This document shows positions 29,743 through 39,002 of a DNA stretch of 64,000 nucleotides, piece after piece. The stretch is from Aphanothece saxicola GSE-SYN-MK-01-06B. GTDB taxonomy: Bacteria; Cyanobacteriota; Cyanobacteriia; PCC-6307; Cyanobiaceae. Within the stretch, counting starts at the first letter, position 1, and every line of letters starts with the position of its first letter. The notes beneath the pieces were generated by a model. That model saw nothing but the letters and a program-made list of their open reading frames with translations, did not search any database and was not told where the DNA came from. The stretch is taken from assembly GCA_019359745.1 (NCBI GenBank), contig JAHHGT010000006.1, positions 153,371 to 217,370 on the forward strand. Direction: 5' to 3'. The position numbers were made by a program, and so were the translations under genes.

Positions 29743-30660
29743 TTGCCTCCCGCCCCCCGCACCGCCACCTCCCTGTCCCGCCTGCTGAGCGGCTGGCTGG
29801 CCGGCGGCTTCGGGCTGGTGGTGGTGGGCCTGGGCGGCTGGTGGTTCACCGTCGCCGTGGGCGTGATCGTGCACCTGGGCCTGCTGGAGTTCTTCCGCAT
29901 GGCCCAGTTCAAGGGCATCCGCCCCGCCACCAAGACCACCCTGGTGGCGGTGCAGCTGCTGCTGGTCTCCACCCAGGTGGCCGCCGGCAGCCTCTGGGCG
30001 GGGAGCGGTATGGGGAGCGGGGTGGCGGGCGACGTGGCGGCGGCGGTGCTGCCCGCCTCCGGGGCGGTGATCTGCGGCTGGCTGCTGCTTCAGCCGGTCA
30101 CCGGCACCATCGCCGACATCGCCGCCTCGGTGTTCGGCCTGTTTTATCTCGGCTTCCTGCCCAGCCACTGGATCAAGCTGCGCGATCTCACCGATCCCGC
30201 CCTGGCCCCCGCCCTGGATGGGCTGGGCTGGCCCTGGAGCCCCGGCATGGCCCTCACCCTGCTGGCCTGCCTGATGATCGTGGCCACCGACATCGGCTCC
30301 TACGTGATCGGCCGGCGCCTGGGCCGCCACGCCCTCTCGCCGATCTCCCCGGGCAAGACGGTGGAGGGGGCCCTGGGCGGGGTGCTCTGCGCCCTGCTGG
30401 TGGGGGGCGTGGGCGGGGTGCTGCTGGGCTGGCGCTGGGGCTGGCTGATCGGGGCGGTGCTGGGGGCGGTGGTGTCCCTGTTCGCCCTGGTGGGCGACCT
30501 GACCGAATCGATGATGAAACGGGATGCGGGCCTCAAGGACTCCGGCGATGCGATCCCCGGCCACGGCGGCATCCTTGACCGGATCGACAGCTACCTGTTC
30601 GTGCCGGCGGTGGTCTATTCCGCGGTGACCCTGGTGCTGCCCCTGCTGCAGCGGGGCTGA
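29743..30660 (+). CDS. cdsA: Phosphatidate cytidylyltransferase
   Basis: 305 aa, polytopic, with the CDS signature GDLTESMMKRDAGLKDSGDAIPGHGGILDRIDS. Apparent TTG start. Confidence 0.9.
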   Translation: MPPAPRTATSLSRLLSGWLAGGFGLVVVGLGGWWFTVAVGVIVHLGLLEFFRMAQFKGIRPATKTTLVAVQLLLVSTQVAAGSLWAGSGMGSGVAGDVAAAVLPASGAVICGWLLLQPVTGTIADIAASVFGLFYLGFLPSHWIKLRDLTDPALAPALDGLGWPWSPGMALTLLACLMIVATDIGSYVIGRRLGRHALSPISPGKTVEGALGGVLCALLVGGVGGVLLGWRWGWLIGAVLGAVVSLFALVGDLTESMMKRDAGLKDSGDAIPGHGGILDRIDSYLFVPAVVYSAVTLVLPLLQRG

Positions 30661-30675
30661 GCGTCTGCCTGGCCC

Positions 30676-31338
30676 TCAGGGGGAGACCCGGGCCTCCCCC
30701 TCCAGGTGCAGCAGGCCGGCACCGAGCTCGGCCCGTTCGATGCGGATGTTGGGATCCATCGGCAGCCGGGCATGGGGCGTCCCCTCGGCACAGCGCAGTT
30801 CGACGGTGCCGCCATCGGCCCGCACCGCCACCTCCCGCTCCACCGGCTCCCGATCGCCGCTGGCGAAGGCCCGCAGCACCAGCCGGTCCTCCCGGATGCG
30901 CAACCCCGCCAGGGGGGTCAGGCCCAGCAGGTCGTCGGCCAGGCCATCGCCGAGGCCGCGCCAGGCCGGGGTGCTGAGGGAACGGCTGAGGCCGTCGCCG
31001 CTGAAGCTCACCAGCCCCTGTATGCGGAAGGGCTGCTCCAGCCTCACCGCCTGGTTGCGAACCAGGGACCCCATGCGCACCTGAATGCCGTCACAGCGGA
31101 GTTCCACCTCCTCGATCTCCATCGCCTGATAGACCACCCGCCGGGCCCGCAGCCGCACCCCATCGAGACGCCCCCGCAGCAGCCGCAGCCCCGAACCCTC
31201 CAGGCGGATCTCCAGCCGCTCGATGGCCTCGCACTGCTGCCGCAGCCACAGCTCCAGACCCCGGGCCAACAGGCCCATCACGGGGCCGGCTGATTCAGCT
31301 GCCTCTGGGGGGCGGTCGCCAGCTGGTGTCTCGCTCAT
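30676..31338 (-). CDS. DUF2993-like protein (LmeA-type repeat pattern)
   Basis: 220 aa with the repeated pattern ...IRLEGSGLRLLRGRLDGVRLRARRVVYQAMEIEEVELRCDGIQV..., typical of DUF2993. Confidence 0.5.
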   Translation of the reverse strand: MSETPAGDRPPEAAESAGPVMGLLARGLELWLRQQCEAIERLEIRLEGSGLRLLRGRLDGVRLRARRVVYQAMEIEEVELRCDGIQVRMGSLVRNQAVRLEQPFRIQGLVSFSGDGLSRSLSTPAWRGLGDGLADDLLGLTPLAGLRIREDRLVLRAFASGDREPVEREVAVRADGGTVELRCAEGTPHARLPMDPNIRIERAELGAGLLHLEGEARVSP

Positions 31339-31370
31339 CCGCCGCCAGGGGCACAGGAATCCTCAGATTC

Positions 31371-31682
31371 TCATTCCATCCGGGCCCGGCGCGCCTTGCG
31401 GAAGGCCTCCGCAGCCGTCAGCGCCGCCAGCAGCAGCAATCCCCCCAGGCCGACCAGCTGGTTGCTGGGGACGGGGGCCGTCAGGTCCGTGGCGGTGGCA
31501 CCGCCGCCCAGCACGGCGCCCAGCAGGAACCAGGCCGTGGCCAGGGCCGAGGTGATCCAGTAGGCCCGCCAGCGGCGCTGGTAGATGTAACCGGTGCCCA
31601 GGCCGGGCACGACGTTGAGCAGGGCCCCCAGCCAGGGGGCGGACGCGGCCAGGATTGTCTTGTCTTCAGGCGTCATCGTCAT
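31371..31682 (-). CDS. Small membrane protein (hypothetical, 3 TM)
   Basis: 103 aa from ATG 31682 (MTMTPEDK...) with three hydrophobic segments. It is the only protein-like part of ORF 31371..32276. Confidence 0.5.
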   Translation of the reverse strand: MTMTPEDKTILAASAPWLGALLNVVPGLGTGYIYQRRWRAYWITSALATAWFLLGAVLGGGATATDLTAPVPSNQLVGLGGLLLLAALTAAEAFRKARRARME

Positions 31683-31688
31683 CACGGC

Positions 31689-33251
31689 ATGGCTGGATCC
31701 TTCACTGAGTCTGGCCAGTCGCAGGGGACAAGCGCGCCATCGCTGGCGGTGATCGGCGCCGGGGTGGCCGGTTGTGCCCTGGCCGCCGGGCTGCGGCGCG
31801 GTGGCTGGGACGGCCCGATCGACCTGTGGGAGGCGGGTCGGGGTCCCGGAGGTCGGGCCGCCACCCGTCGCTCCCGCCAGGACGCCGGTTGGCACCTCGA
31901 CCACGGAGCACCCCTGTTCAACCTGCTGGAGGGCCCCGAACCGGAACTGGTGGCGCCCCTGCGGTCGGGGGGCTGGATCGTCCCCTGGCGGGAGCCGGCG
32001 GCGGAGTTGCAGGGCGACGGGACCCTGAATCCGGCCCAGGCCGATCCCCTGCTCCGCGGTGCCTTGTACCGGGGCCGCCAGGGCATGGACGACCTCTGCC
32101 GCGGCCTGCTGGCCCTGGCCCAGGTCCAGGGGCTGCCCAGCCCCATGGGCCACTTCGGCACCCTGGTGCGCCACCTGGAGGTTCGCCCCGATGGGGGCTG
32201 GCGTCTGGCCGAGGCCACCGGGGCGGTGCTGGGCGAGGCCGACTGGCTGGTGCTCACTGGCACCCTGCTGGCCCATCCCCGCGCCATGGAGCGGTTCGGC
32301 TGGTCGGAGGTGCCACTGCGGCGGGCGGCAGGGGGCCTGGGCGATGGAGCCCTGGAGGCCGCCCTCGCCGCCCTCGCCAGCATGGAGATGGAGACCCGCA
32401 CCAACCTGATGCTCACGATCGAGCCCGCCGCGGCGGCCCGATGGCTGGCCCTGCCCTTCCGACTGCTCAGCTTTGACAGCCAGGCCCAGAGGCGCTGGGG
32501 GCTGCGGCGGCTGTCAATCCAGCCCCTCGCCGATGGCCGCTGCGGCGTCGTCGCCCATGGCGTGCCGGACGCCGACACTGAGGCCACCGCCACGACGGCC
32601 GGTGACGCCCTGGCGATGGAGGCCCTGGTGCGGGCCGTCGCCGGCGCCCTGGAGCCCTGGCTCGGGGAGCGGCCCGGCGGCGGCGACGCCCTGGCGGGGG
32701 TGGCCCAGCGCCAGCTGATGCGCTGGGGGGCCGCCTTTCCCGTGGCCCCCGGCCATCCCCCCGCCGCCATGGTCTGTCCCGCCAGCCGGGTGGCCTTCTG
32801 CGGTGACTTCATCGCAGGGCCGGGCTTCGGACGCCTCGAGGGGGCCCTGCGCAGTGCCCAGGCCCTGGCGGGACGGCTGCTGGCCCTGCTGCTGCTGCTC
32901 TGCCTCGCCCTGGCCGGGCCGGCCAGGGCGGCGGCAGCCGAGGCCGTTCCCTACCGCTGCGACGGCGACCTGCTGCTGGCAACCAGCGACAACGGAGCGG
33001 TGGATGCCCCGGGGATCCCCAACACCACCGGCGGCACGGTGCCCGGCGCCACGGTGCTGCTGGAGTGGCGGGACCTGCGTCTGCAGCTGCCGCGCACCAA
33101 CAATGCCGGCCCGCCCAGCTACACCGATGGTCTCTGGTGGTGGAGCCTCGAGGATCCGCAGCAGCCCCGCTTCCTGCACCGCCGTGGCGCCATCGAACGC
33201 TTCAGCTGCCAGGCAGTTCCTGACGCAAAGCAGCCAACCGACGGGCGTTGA
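31689..33251 (+). CDS. FAD/NAD(P)-dependent oxidoreductase (renalase-like) with in-frame C-terminal TM/signal-like segment and MliC-like domain
   Basis: 520 aa from ATG 31689. Dinucleotide motif VIGAGVAGCALAAGL and C-terminal oxidase motif FCGDFIAGPGFGRLEGALRSA. The frame then continues through LLALLLLLCLALAGPARA into a Cys-bracketed ~100-aa domain (YRCDGD...FSC). Confidence 0.7.
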   Translation: MAGSFTESGQSQGTSAPSLAVIGAGVAGCALAAGLRRGGWDGPIDLWEAGRGPGGRAATRRSRQDAGWHLDHGAPLFNLLEGPEPELVAPLRSGGWIVPWREPAAELQGDGTLNPAQADPLLRGALYRGRQGMDDLCRGLLALAQVQGLPSPMGHFGTLVRHLEVRPDGGWRLAEATGAVLGEADWLVLTGTLLAHPRAMERFGWSEVPLRRAAGGLGDGALEAALAALASMEMETRTNLMLTIEPAAAARWLALPFRLLSFDSQAQRRWGLRRLSIQPLADGRCGVVAHGVPDADTEATATTAGDALAMEALVRAVAGALEPWLGERPGGGDALAGVAQRQLMRWGAAFPVAPGHPPAAMVCPASRVAFCGDFIAGPGFGRLEGALRSAQALAGRLLALLLLLCLALAGPARAAAAEAVPYRCDGDLLLATSDNGAVDAPGIPNTTGGTVPGATVLLEWRDLRLQLPRTNNAGPPSYTDGLWWWSLEDPQQPRFLHRRGAIERFSCQAVPDAKQPTDGR

Positions 33252-33648
33252 CGCCCAGATCGGAATCCCCCAGCCGCGAACTGGAGCGGGCCTGCAGCAC
33301 ACCGGCGGAGGGCAGGGCCTGCAGTTCGAGGTCGTCCACGAAGCCGAACAGCCGGCTGGTGGCGGTGGCATGCAGATAGGGCCCGTCGCGCTCGACGATC
33401 TGCACCCCCTCCGTGGTTTCCAGAACCGGCATCAGCGCGCTCAGGGCCGCCGCCGGATCGCTGAAGCTCCAGTCGACCCGGGCGCAGTGGGCCGGCGCCG
33501 CACAGGGGGAAAGTGAGCCGCCGTGCACCCCGAGATCCTCGGGCACCGGCCCCTCCAGGTGCAGAAGCGAAGCCTGGGCCGGGCTTGCCGCCCCGATCAG
33601 AACGGCAAGCAGCAGGGCGGCCACCAGGCGCAGCAAGGATGGGGGCAT
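33202..33648 (-). CDS. DUF1499 family protein (secreted)
   Basis: 148 aa with a signal peptide (LLRLVAALLLAVLIGAASPAQA) and C-terminal SSSRLGDSDLGVNARRL, characteristic of DUF1499. It overlaps the convergent upstream ORF by 50 nt. Confidence 0.7.
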   Translation of the reverse strand: MPPSLLRLVAALLLAVLIGAASPAQASLLHLEGPVPEDLGVHGGSLSPCAAPAHCARVDWSFSDPAAALSALMPVLETTEGVQIVERDGPYLHATATSRLFGFVDDLELQALPSAGVLQARSSSRLGDSDLGVNARRLAALRQELPGS

Positions 33649-33711
33649 GGGGAGGTGGGGAGCGAGGCGCAGGGCCGGGAGTTCCAGGATGGCCGGTTCA
33701 GGCCGGGATGG

Positions 33712-34608
33712 TCAGACCCCGGCCCACCAGGCGGCCGCGACCCGCTCGGGCTGGTCGATGTGGGGCAGGTGGCCGCAGGCCGCCAGCTCGGTGATGCGGG
33801 AGCCCAACAAGGCCTGGGCGGCTTGTTTCTGCGGCGCGCGCAGGATCCGGTCGTCGGCGCCCCAGAGCACCGCCAGCGGCTGGGGAGGCAGGGGCGCGCC
33901 ACAGCCGGCGAAGCCGCCACTGCGGGCAAAACGGCGCAGGGCCTCCGCCCATCCCGGCGCCCTGAGGTGCAGCGAAGCGATCTCCAGCTCCGCCGGCCCC
34001 ACGTCCCGGTCGGGGTCGGCAAAGGCACTGCGACAAAGGCCGCCGCGCACCTTCGGCAAAGCCAGGAAGCGGACGCCCAGCCCATCCAGCAGGGGCGGCA
34101 GGGGCATGGGGCGGCCGGTGAGACCGGCCGGGGCCAGCAGCAACAACCGTTCGAAGCGCTCCGGATGCCGCCGGGCCAGGGCCACCGCCACCGCGCCGCC
34201 CATCGAGGCGCCGATCAGGCCGAGCTGGTGCCCCGCGGCAGGTTCCTGGCGATCGAGCGCCTCGAGCAAAGCCTCCAGGTGCTGCAGCACAGCCTCGGGG
34301 GTGTAATCGCGCTCCGCGGGCCTGGGGCAGAAGCCGAAGCCATGCAGGTCGGGGATCAGCAGCCGGTGACGCGTCGCCAGCAGGGGAGCCAGGCGACGGA
34401 GCTCCAGGAAGGAGCTGTCGAAACCGTGCAGCAGCAGCAGGGGCGGTCCCTCCCCCAGCACCGCCACCGGCCAGCGCTCAGGATGCCCGGGAAGCTCCCA
34501 CCACTGCACCTGGGCGGCCAGGGCGCGGCCCAACGGGTCGAGCAGGGATTCAGCGGCGGCGCTGACCAGATCGCAGCCGGTCAGCGCGCTGACGAGGCTG
34601 GCGCTCAC
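33712..34608 (-). CDS. Alpha/beta-fold hydrolase
   Basis: 298 aa from GTG 34608 (GTGA overlap with the upstream stop). HGF oxyanion motif LLLLHGFDSS, nucleophile elbow GASMGG, and C-terminal His region ACGHLPHIDQPE. Confidence 0.8.
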   Translation of the reverse strand: MSASLVSALTGCDLVSAAAESLLDPLGRALAAQVQWWELPGHPERWPVAVLGEGPPLLLLHGFDSSFLELRRLAPLLATRHRLLIPDLHGFGFCPRPAERDYTPEAVLQHLEALLEALDRQEPAAGHQLGLIGASMGGAVAVALARRHPERFERLLLLAPAGLTGRPMPLPPLLDGLGVRFLALPKVRGGLCRSAFADPDRDVGPAELEIASLHLRAPGWAEALRRFARSGGFAGCGAPLPPQPLAVLWGADDRILRAPQKQAAQALLGSRITELAACGHLPHIDQPERVAAAWWAGV

Positions 34609-35708
34609 GCCTGCTGCCGGTCGGCGGTGGCACCCACCATGGCGGCCAGCAGGTCTTCGGGGGCCACCGCGAAGGGCAGGTGGTGCAGATCGGAGCCCTC
34701 GCGGCAGGCGAAGCGGCAGACCTGACGCAGCTCGTCGAGGGTGGCTCCACCGAGACCCAGGGACTCGAGATCGGTGGGCAGCCCCAGCCGGCGGAAGAAG
34801 GGGAGCAACTGGCGACGGGCCTGGGCCGCCAGCCGGTTGCCGGCCAACTGCTCCTCCAGCCACAGCTGCACCAGCACCCCGAAGCCCACCTTCTCGCCAT
34901 GCAGCTGGCCGTGGGTGGCGGCGAGCTGGGTGAGACCGTTGTGGACGGCATGGGCGGCCACCGTGCGGCAGCGAGCGCCGCCGATGCCGCCGATCAGACC
35001 GGCGGTGAGGGCACAGCCTTCGGCCACCCGCACCCAGGCCTCGCTGCTGGGGTCCGCCAGGGCGGCTTCCCCCTCCAGCAGCAGCAGGTCGCGCAGCAGG
35101 CGGGCCATCTGCACCGCCTCCTGCACCAGGCCATCCCCACTGGAGCCGCTGCTCACCGACGCCTCGTACCACTTGGCCACCGCATCGGCGATGCCGCTGG
35201 CCAGGGTGCGCGCCGGCGCCTGTCGCACCAGGTCGTGATCGAAGACGAGCAGATCCGGGCAGCGCTCGAGGGCCACATCGCCCAGGAAGGCGCCCTCGGG
35301 GGTGTACACGTTGGCGAGGGCCGTCCAGCCGGCACAGGTGGCGGCGCTGGTGGGCACCGTGATGCAGGGCAGGCCAAGCCGGTGGGCCAGCAGCTTGCCC
35401 GCATCCAGCACCTTGCCGCCACCGGCGGCGATCAGGGCGTCACAGCCGGCGGCGCTGGCGTCCTGGGCCAGGGGCACCAGGTCTTCCTCGCAGCAGTCTC
35501 GGAACCCCTGGCTGGCCACCGGGCGGGCACCGGCACGCTCCAGATCAACCAGCAACTGCTGACGCAGGCCAAAGGTGGCGGCGCTGCGACCCAGCAGGAA
35601 GGGGCGCTGACCCAGGGCGACAAGGCGAGGCAGAGCTTGCGACCAGGCTCCGTCACCACGAAGAACCAGGGCCGGGGCGATGGCGTGGGTCTGCAGGGAA
35701 TGCGTCAT
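34605..35708 (-). CDS. Iron-containing alcohol dehydrogenase family (glycerol dehydrogenase-like)
   Basis: 367 aa with LIAAGGGKVLDAGK (GGGS-type NAD motif), ITVPTSAATCAG and metal-binding His region AHAVHNGL...HGEKVGFG. Confidence 0.8.
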   Translation of the reverse strand: MTHSLQTHAIAPALVLRGDGAWSQALPRLVALGQRPFLLGRSAATFGLRQQLLVDLERAGARPVASQGFRDCCEEDLVPLAQDASAAGCDALIAAGGGKVLDAGKLLAHRLGLPCITVPTSAATCAGWTALANVYTPEGAFLGDVALERCPDLLVFDHDLVRQAPARTLASGIADAVAKWYEASVSSGSSGDGLVQEAVQMARLLRDLLLLEGEAALADPSSEAWVRVAEGCALTAGLIGGIGGARCRTVAAHAVHNGLTQLAATHGQLHGEKVGFGVLVQLWLEEQLAGNRLAAQARRQLLPFFRRLGLPTDLESLGLGGATLDELRQVCRFACREGSDLHHLPFAVAPEDLLAAMVGATADRQQA

Positions 35709-35762
35709 GGCCGACTTCTGATCACTGAAATGTAGAAGTCGGCCGAACGACCTCGCGACGAC

Positions 35763-38324
35763 TCAGGCGCTGGCGCCCGCCAGCTCCGGCAACGGAGGGG
35801 TGATCGACTGCTTGCGGATCACCACCTGTTTGTCATCATCGACATCCACCAGACAGGCGTCGCCTTCGCCGATCCGGCCGGAGAGGAATTCCTCGGCCAG
35901 CGAATCCTCGAGCAGACGCATCACGGCACGACGCAGGGGACGGGCGCCGTAGCTGGGGTTGTAGCCCTCTTCGACGAGACGCTCCTTGAAGGCCTCGGTG
36001 ACGGACATGCCGATCCCCTTGTCCTGCATGCGGGCGAAGACCTCCCGCAGCATGATCTCGGCGATCAACTTGACCTCGTCGCGGGTGAGCTGACGGAAGA
36101 CGATGATCTCGTCGAGTCGGTTGAGGAACTCGGGGCGGAAATACTGCTTGAGCTCCTCGTTGACGAGCGAACGGATGCGGTTGTACTGGGTTTCCTCCAC
36201 ATCGCCGCCGCCGAACTCGAAGCCCAGGCCACCGCCGCCCTTCTCGATCACCTTCGAACCGATGTTCGAGGTCATGATGATCAGGGTGTTCTTGAAGTCG
36301 ACCGTCCGTCCCTTGGAGTCGGTGAGCCGGCCGTCCTCGAGCAGCTGCAGCAGGAGGTTGAACACATCGGGGTGGGCCTTCTCGATCTCGTCGAAGAGCA
36401 CCACGGTGTAGGGACGGCGCCGGACGGCTTCCGTCAGCTGGCCGCCCTCGTTGAAGCCCACGTAGCCGGGAGGGGAACCGATCAGCTTGCTGACCGTGTG
36501 GCGCTCCATGAATTCGCTCATGTCCAGGCGGATCATGGCGTCTTCGCTGCCGAAGAAATAGGCCGCCAGGGCCTTGGTGAGTTCCGTCTTACCGACGCCG
36601 GTGGGGCCGGAGAAGATGAAGCTGGCGATGGGGCGGTTGGGGTTCTTCAGGCCGACGCGAGCCCGGCGGATGGCCCGGGACACGGCCTTGACGGCCTCGT
36701 CCTGGCCGATCAGGCGCTGGTGGAGGGTCTCCTCCATGTTGAGCAGCTTCACCGACTCGCTCTCGGTGAGCTTCTGCACGGGCACCCCGGTCCAGGAGGC
36801 GACGATCTGGGCAATGTCCTCCTCGGTGACGAGGGGGGCACGGCTTTCATCGGTGCCGCCGTCATCGGCGGGAGCGATGCCAGCAAAGGAGGACCCTTGC
36901 ACTTCGGCAGCGACAGGGACGGCGGCGGCCGGTTCGTCGTCACGGCGGGCCTGGAGGATCGAGCGGATCTGGTCGCGCAGTTCCACTTCCTTGTCGCGCA
37001 GTTCACCGGCCTTGGTGAAGTCCTGCTGACGGACGGCGTCCTCTTTCTCCTTCTGCACCCCGCGCAGCTGCTTGTCGACCTCCTTGGCCGCCGGGGGCAG
37101 CTTGGAGTTGAGCAGCCGCACCCGGCTGCCGGCCTCGTCGATCAGGTCGATGGCCTTGTCGGGAAGGAAGCGGTCACTGATGTAGCGGTCGCCCAGGGTG
37201 GCGGCGGCCACGAGGGCCTCGTCACTGATCTTGAGGCGGTGGTGCTGCTCGTAACGCTCGCGCAGACCCTTGAGGATCTCGATCGTGTCGACGACGGAGG
37301 GCTCGCCCACCATCACCGGCTGGAAGCGACGTTCGAGGGCCGCATCGCGTTCGATGTGCTTGCGGTACTCATCGAGGGTGGTGGCGCCGATGCACTGCAG
37401 CTCGCCCCGGGCCAGGGCGGGCTTGAGGATGTTGGCGGCGTCGATGGCACCCTCGGCGGCGCCGGCACCGATCAGGGTGTGCACCTCGTCGATCACCAGG
37501 ATCACGTTCCCGGCCGAGCGGATCTCCTCCATGATCTTCTTGAGGCGCTCCTCGAACTCACCGCGGTACTTGGTGCCGGCCACCAGCAGGCCGATGTCGA
37601 GGGTGAGGACCCGCTTGTCCTCGAGGATGTCGGGGATCTCGCCCTGGGTGATGCGCTGGGCCAGGCCTTCAGCGATGGCGGTCTTGCCGACACCGGGCTC
37701 GCCGATCAGCACGGGATTGTTCTTGGTGCGGCGACCCAGGATCTGGATCACCCGGTCGATCTCGTTGTGGCGACCCACCACCGGGTCGAGCTTGGACTCG
37801 GCGGCGAGCTGGGTGAGGTTGCTGCCGAATTCATCGAGGGTGGGGGTCTTGGTGGAACCCTTGCCCGAGCTGCCGGACGCCACTTCGGCCGTCTCGCCCA
37901 GCATGCGGATCACCTGGGTGCGGACCTTGGCCAGGTCGACGCCGAGGTTTTCAAGCACGCGGGCCGCGACGCCCTCACCTTCGCGGATGAGGCCGAGCAG
38001 GAGGTGCTCGGTGCCGATGTAGTTGTGGCCGAGCTGGCGAGCTTCCTCAAGGGAGAGTTCCAGCACCCGCTTGGCCCGTGGGGTGAAGGGAATCTCGACG
38101 GCGACGAAGCCGGAGCCGCGGCCGATGATCTTCTCGACCTCGACCCGGGCGTCCTTGAGGTTGACCCCCATCGACTTGAGGACCTTGGCGGCGACACCGG
38201 TGCCTTCGCCGATCAGGCCCAGCAGGATCTGCTCGGTGCCGACGAAGTTGTGGCCGAGGCGGCGGGCCTCTTCCTGGGCCAGCATGATCACCTTGATGGC
38301 CTTCTCGGTAAACCGCTCGAACAT
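35763..38324 (-). CDS. clpC: ATP-dependent Clp protease ATP-binding subunit ClpC
   Basis: 853 aa with [37 protein letters not shown] (Clp_N repeats), two AAA+ modules (GEPGVGKT; GPTGVGKT) and a UVR-like linker. Confidence 0.97.
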   Translation of the reverse strand: MFERFTEKAIKVIMLAQEEARRLGHNFVGTEQILLGLIGEGTGVAAKVLKSMGVNLKDARVEVEKIIGRGSGFVAVEIPFTPRAKRVLELSLEEARQLGHNYIGTEHLLLGLIREGEGVAARVLENLGVDLAKVRTQVIRMLGETAEVASGSSGKGSTKTPTLDEFGSNLTQLAAESKLDPVVGRHNEIDRVIQILGRRTKNNPVLIGEPGVGKTAIAEGLAQRITQGEIPDILEDKRVLTLDIGLLVAGTKYRGEFEERLKKIMEEIRSAGNVILVIDEVHTLIGAGAAEGAIDAANILKPALARGELQCIGATTLDEYRKHIERDAALERRFQPVMVGEPSVVDTIEILKGLRERYEQHHRLKISDEALVAAATLGDRYISDRFLPDKAIDLIDEAGSRVRLLNSKLPPAAKEVDKQLRGVQKEKEDAVRQQDFTKAGELRDKEVELRDQIRSILQARRDDEPAAAVPVAAEVQGSSFAGIAPADDGGTDESRAPLVTEEDIAQIVASWTGVPVQKLTESESVKLLNMEETLHQRLIGQDEAVKAVSRAIRRARVGLKNPNRPIASFIFSGPTGVGKTELTKALAAYFFGSEDAMIRLDMSEFMERHTVSKLIGSPPGYVGFNEGGQLTEAVRRRPYTVVLFDEIEKAHPDVFNLLLQLLEDGRLTDSKGRTVDFKNTLIIMTSNIGSKVIEKGGGGLGFEFGGGDVEETQYNRIRSLVNEELKQYFRPEFLNRLDEIIVFRQLTRDEVKLIAEIMLREVFARMQDKGIGMSVTEAFKERLVEEGYNPSYGARPLRRAVMRLLEDSLAEEFLSGRIGEGDACLVDVDDDKQVVIRKQSITPPLPELAGASA

Positions 38325-38474
38325 GGGGCGGGACCTGATGCAAGTGCAACCAACCTATCAGGATTGAAGGGCTGCGTGGGAGGCCGGGACAACTCTCAGG
38401 CCAAAGCACTGCGCCGCAGGCGCTCAGGGGCAGCTGAAAACAAACAACACCTCCAGATTTGTGGGATGTAGGTA

Positions 38475-38484
38475 TAGATATCTA
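38475..38484. promoter_or_regulatory. AT-rich 10-bp palindrome in the presumed clpC promoter region
   Basis: TAGATATCTA sits inside the only AT-rich patch (atttgtgggatgtaggtatagatatctacggtta) between rimI and clpC, about 150 nt upstream of the clpC ATG. It has -10-like hexamers on the minus strand. Confidence 0.25.
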
Positions 38485-38501
38485 CGGTTATCCGCACCCT
38501 T

Positions 38502-38972
38502 TCACCTCTTCAGGCTGACCCATTGGATCAGGGCATCCTCGCCACTGCGGTAGTAACCACGACGGATGCCGGCGGTGCGGAACCCCAGGGCCTCATACAG
38601 CCCCTTTCCAGGACCGTTCATGGCCGACACCTCCAGGGTGGCCCGGGTGGCGCCGCCGCGCAGCCCGGCCTGCATCAGCTCCTGAAGGATCCGGCTCCCC
38701 AGTCCCCGGCGGCGGTGGCCTGGGGCCACCGCCACCAGGGTGATGTGGAGCTCGTCAACCACCAGCCAGCCGCAGGCCATGGCCAGCAGCTCCTGCCCCT
38801 GGCGCAAGCCCAGGCCTGGTCTGGCCTCCTCCTCCAGCTCCCGCTGCCACTGGGCCTGGCTCCAGAGGCCGCCGAGAGCGGCCCGATCCAGCTCCAGGCA
38901 GGCGCCGGCATGCTTCGGGGCCAGCTGGATCAGGGTCGGGGCTGGCAGCGGTGACGGGGACGGCACAGCCAA
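38502..38972 (-). CDS. rimI: Ribosomal-protein-alanine N-acetyltransferase (GNAT)
   Basis: 156 aa with the GNAT motif A region VAVAPGHRRRGLGSRILQEL and the RimI-like C-terminus YEALGFRTAGIRRGYY. Confidence 0.75.
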   Translation of the reverse strand: MAVPSPSPLPAPTLIQLAPKHAGACLELDRAALGGLWSQAQWQRELEEEARPGLGLRQGQELLAMACGWLVVDELHITLVAVAPGHRRRGLGSRILQELMQAGLRGGATRATLEVSAMNGPGKGLYEALGFRTAGIRRGYYRSGEDALIQWVSLKR

Positions 38973-39002
38973 CGCGCGCAGAGATCCTTACGATCAGACA
39001 GC

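Noticed and set aside
36372-38471. 699-aa + strand ORF opposite clpC; likewise 7622..9295 opposite pepN, 9751..12120, 14083..16491, 25560..27746, 27559..29070 and 38994..40352
   Set aside because: All are antisense or out-of-frame shadows of genes with unambiguous family motifs. None carries a recognisable motif.
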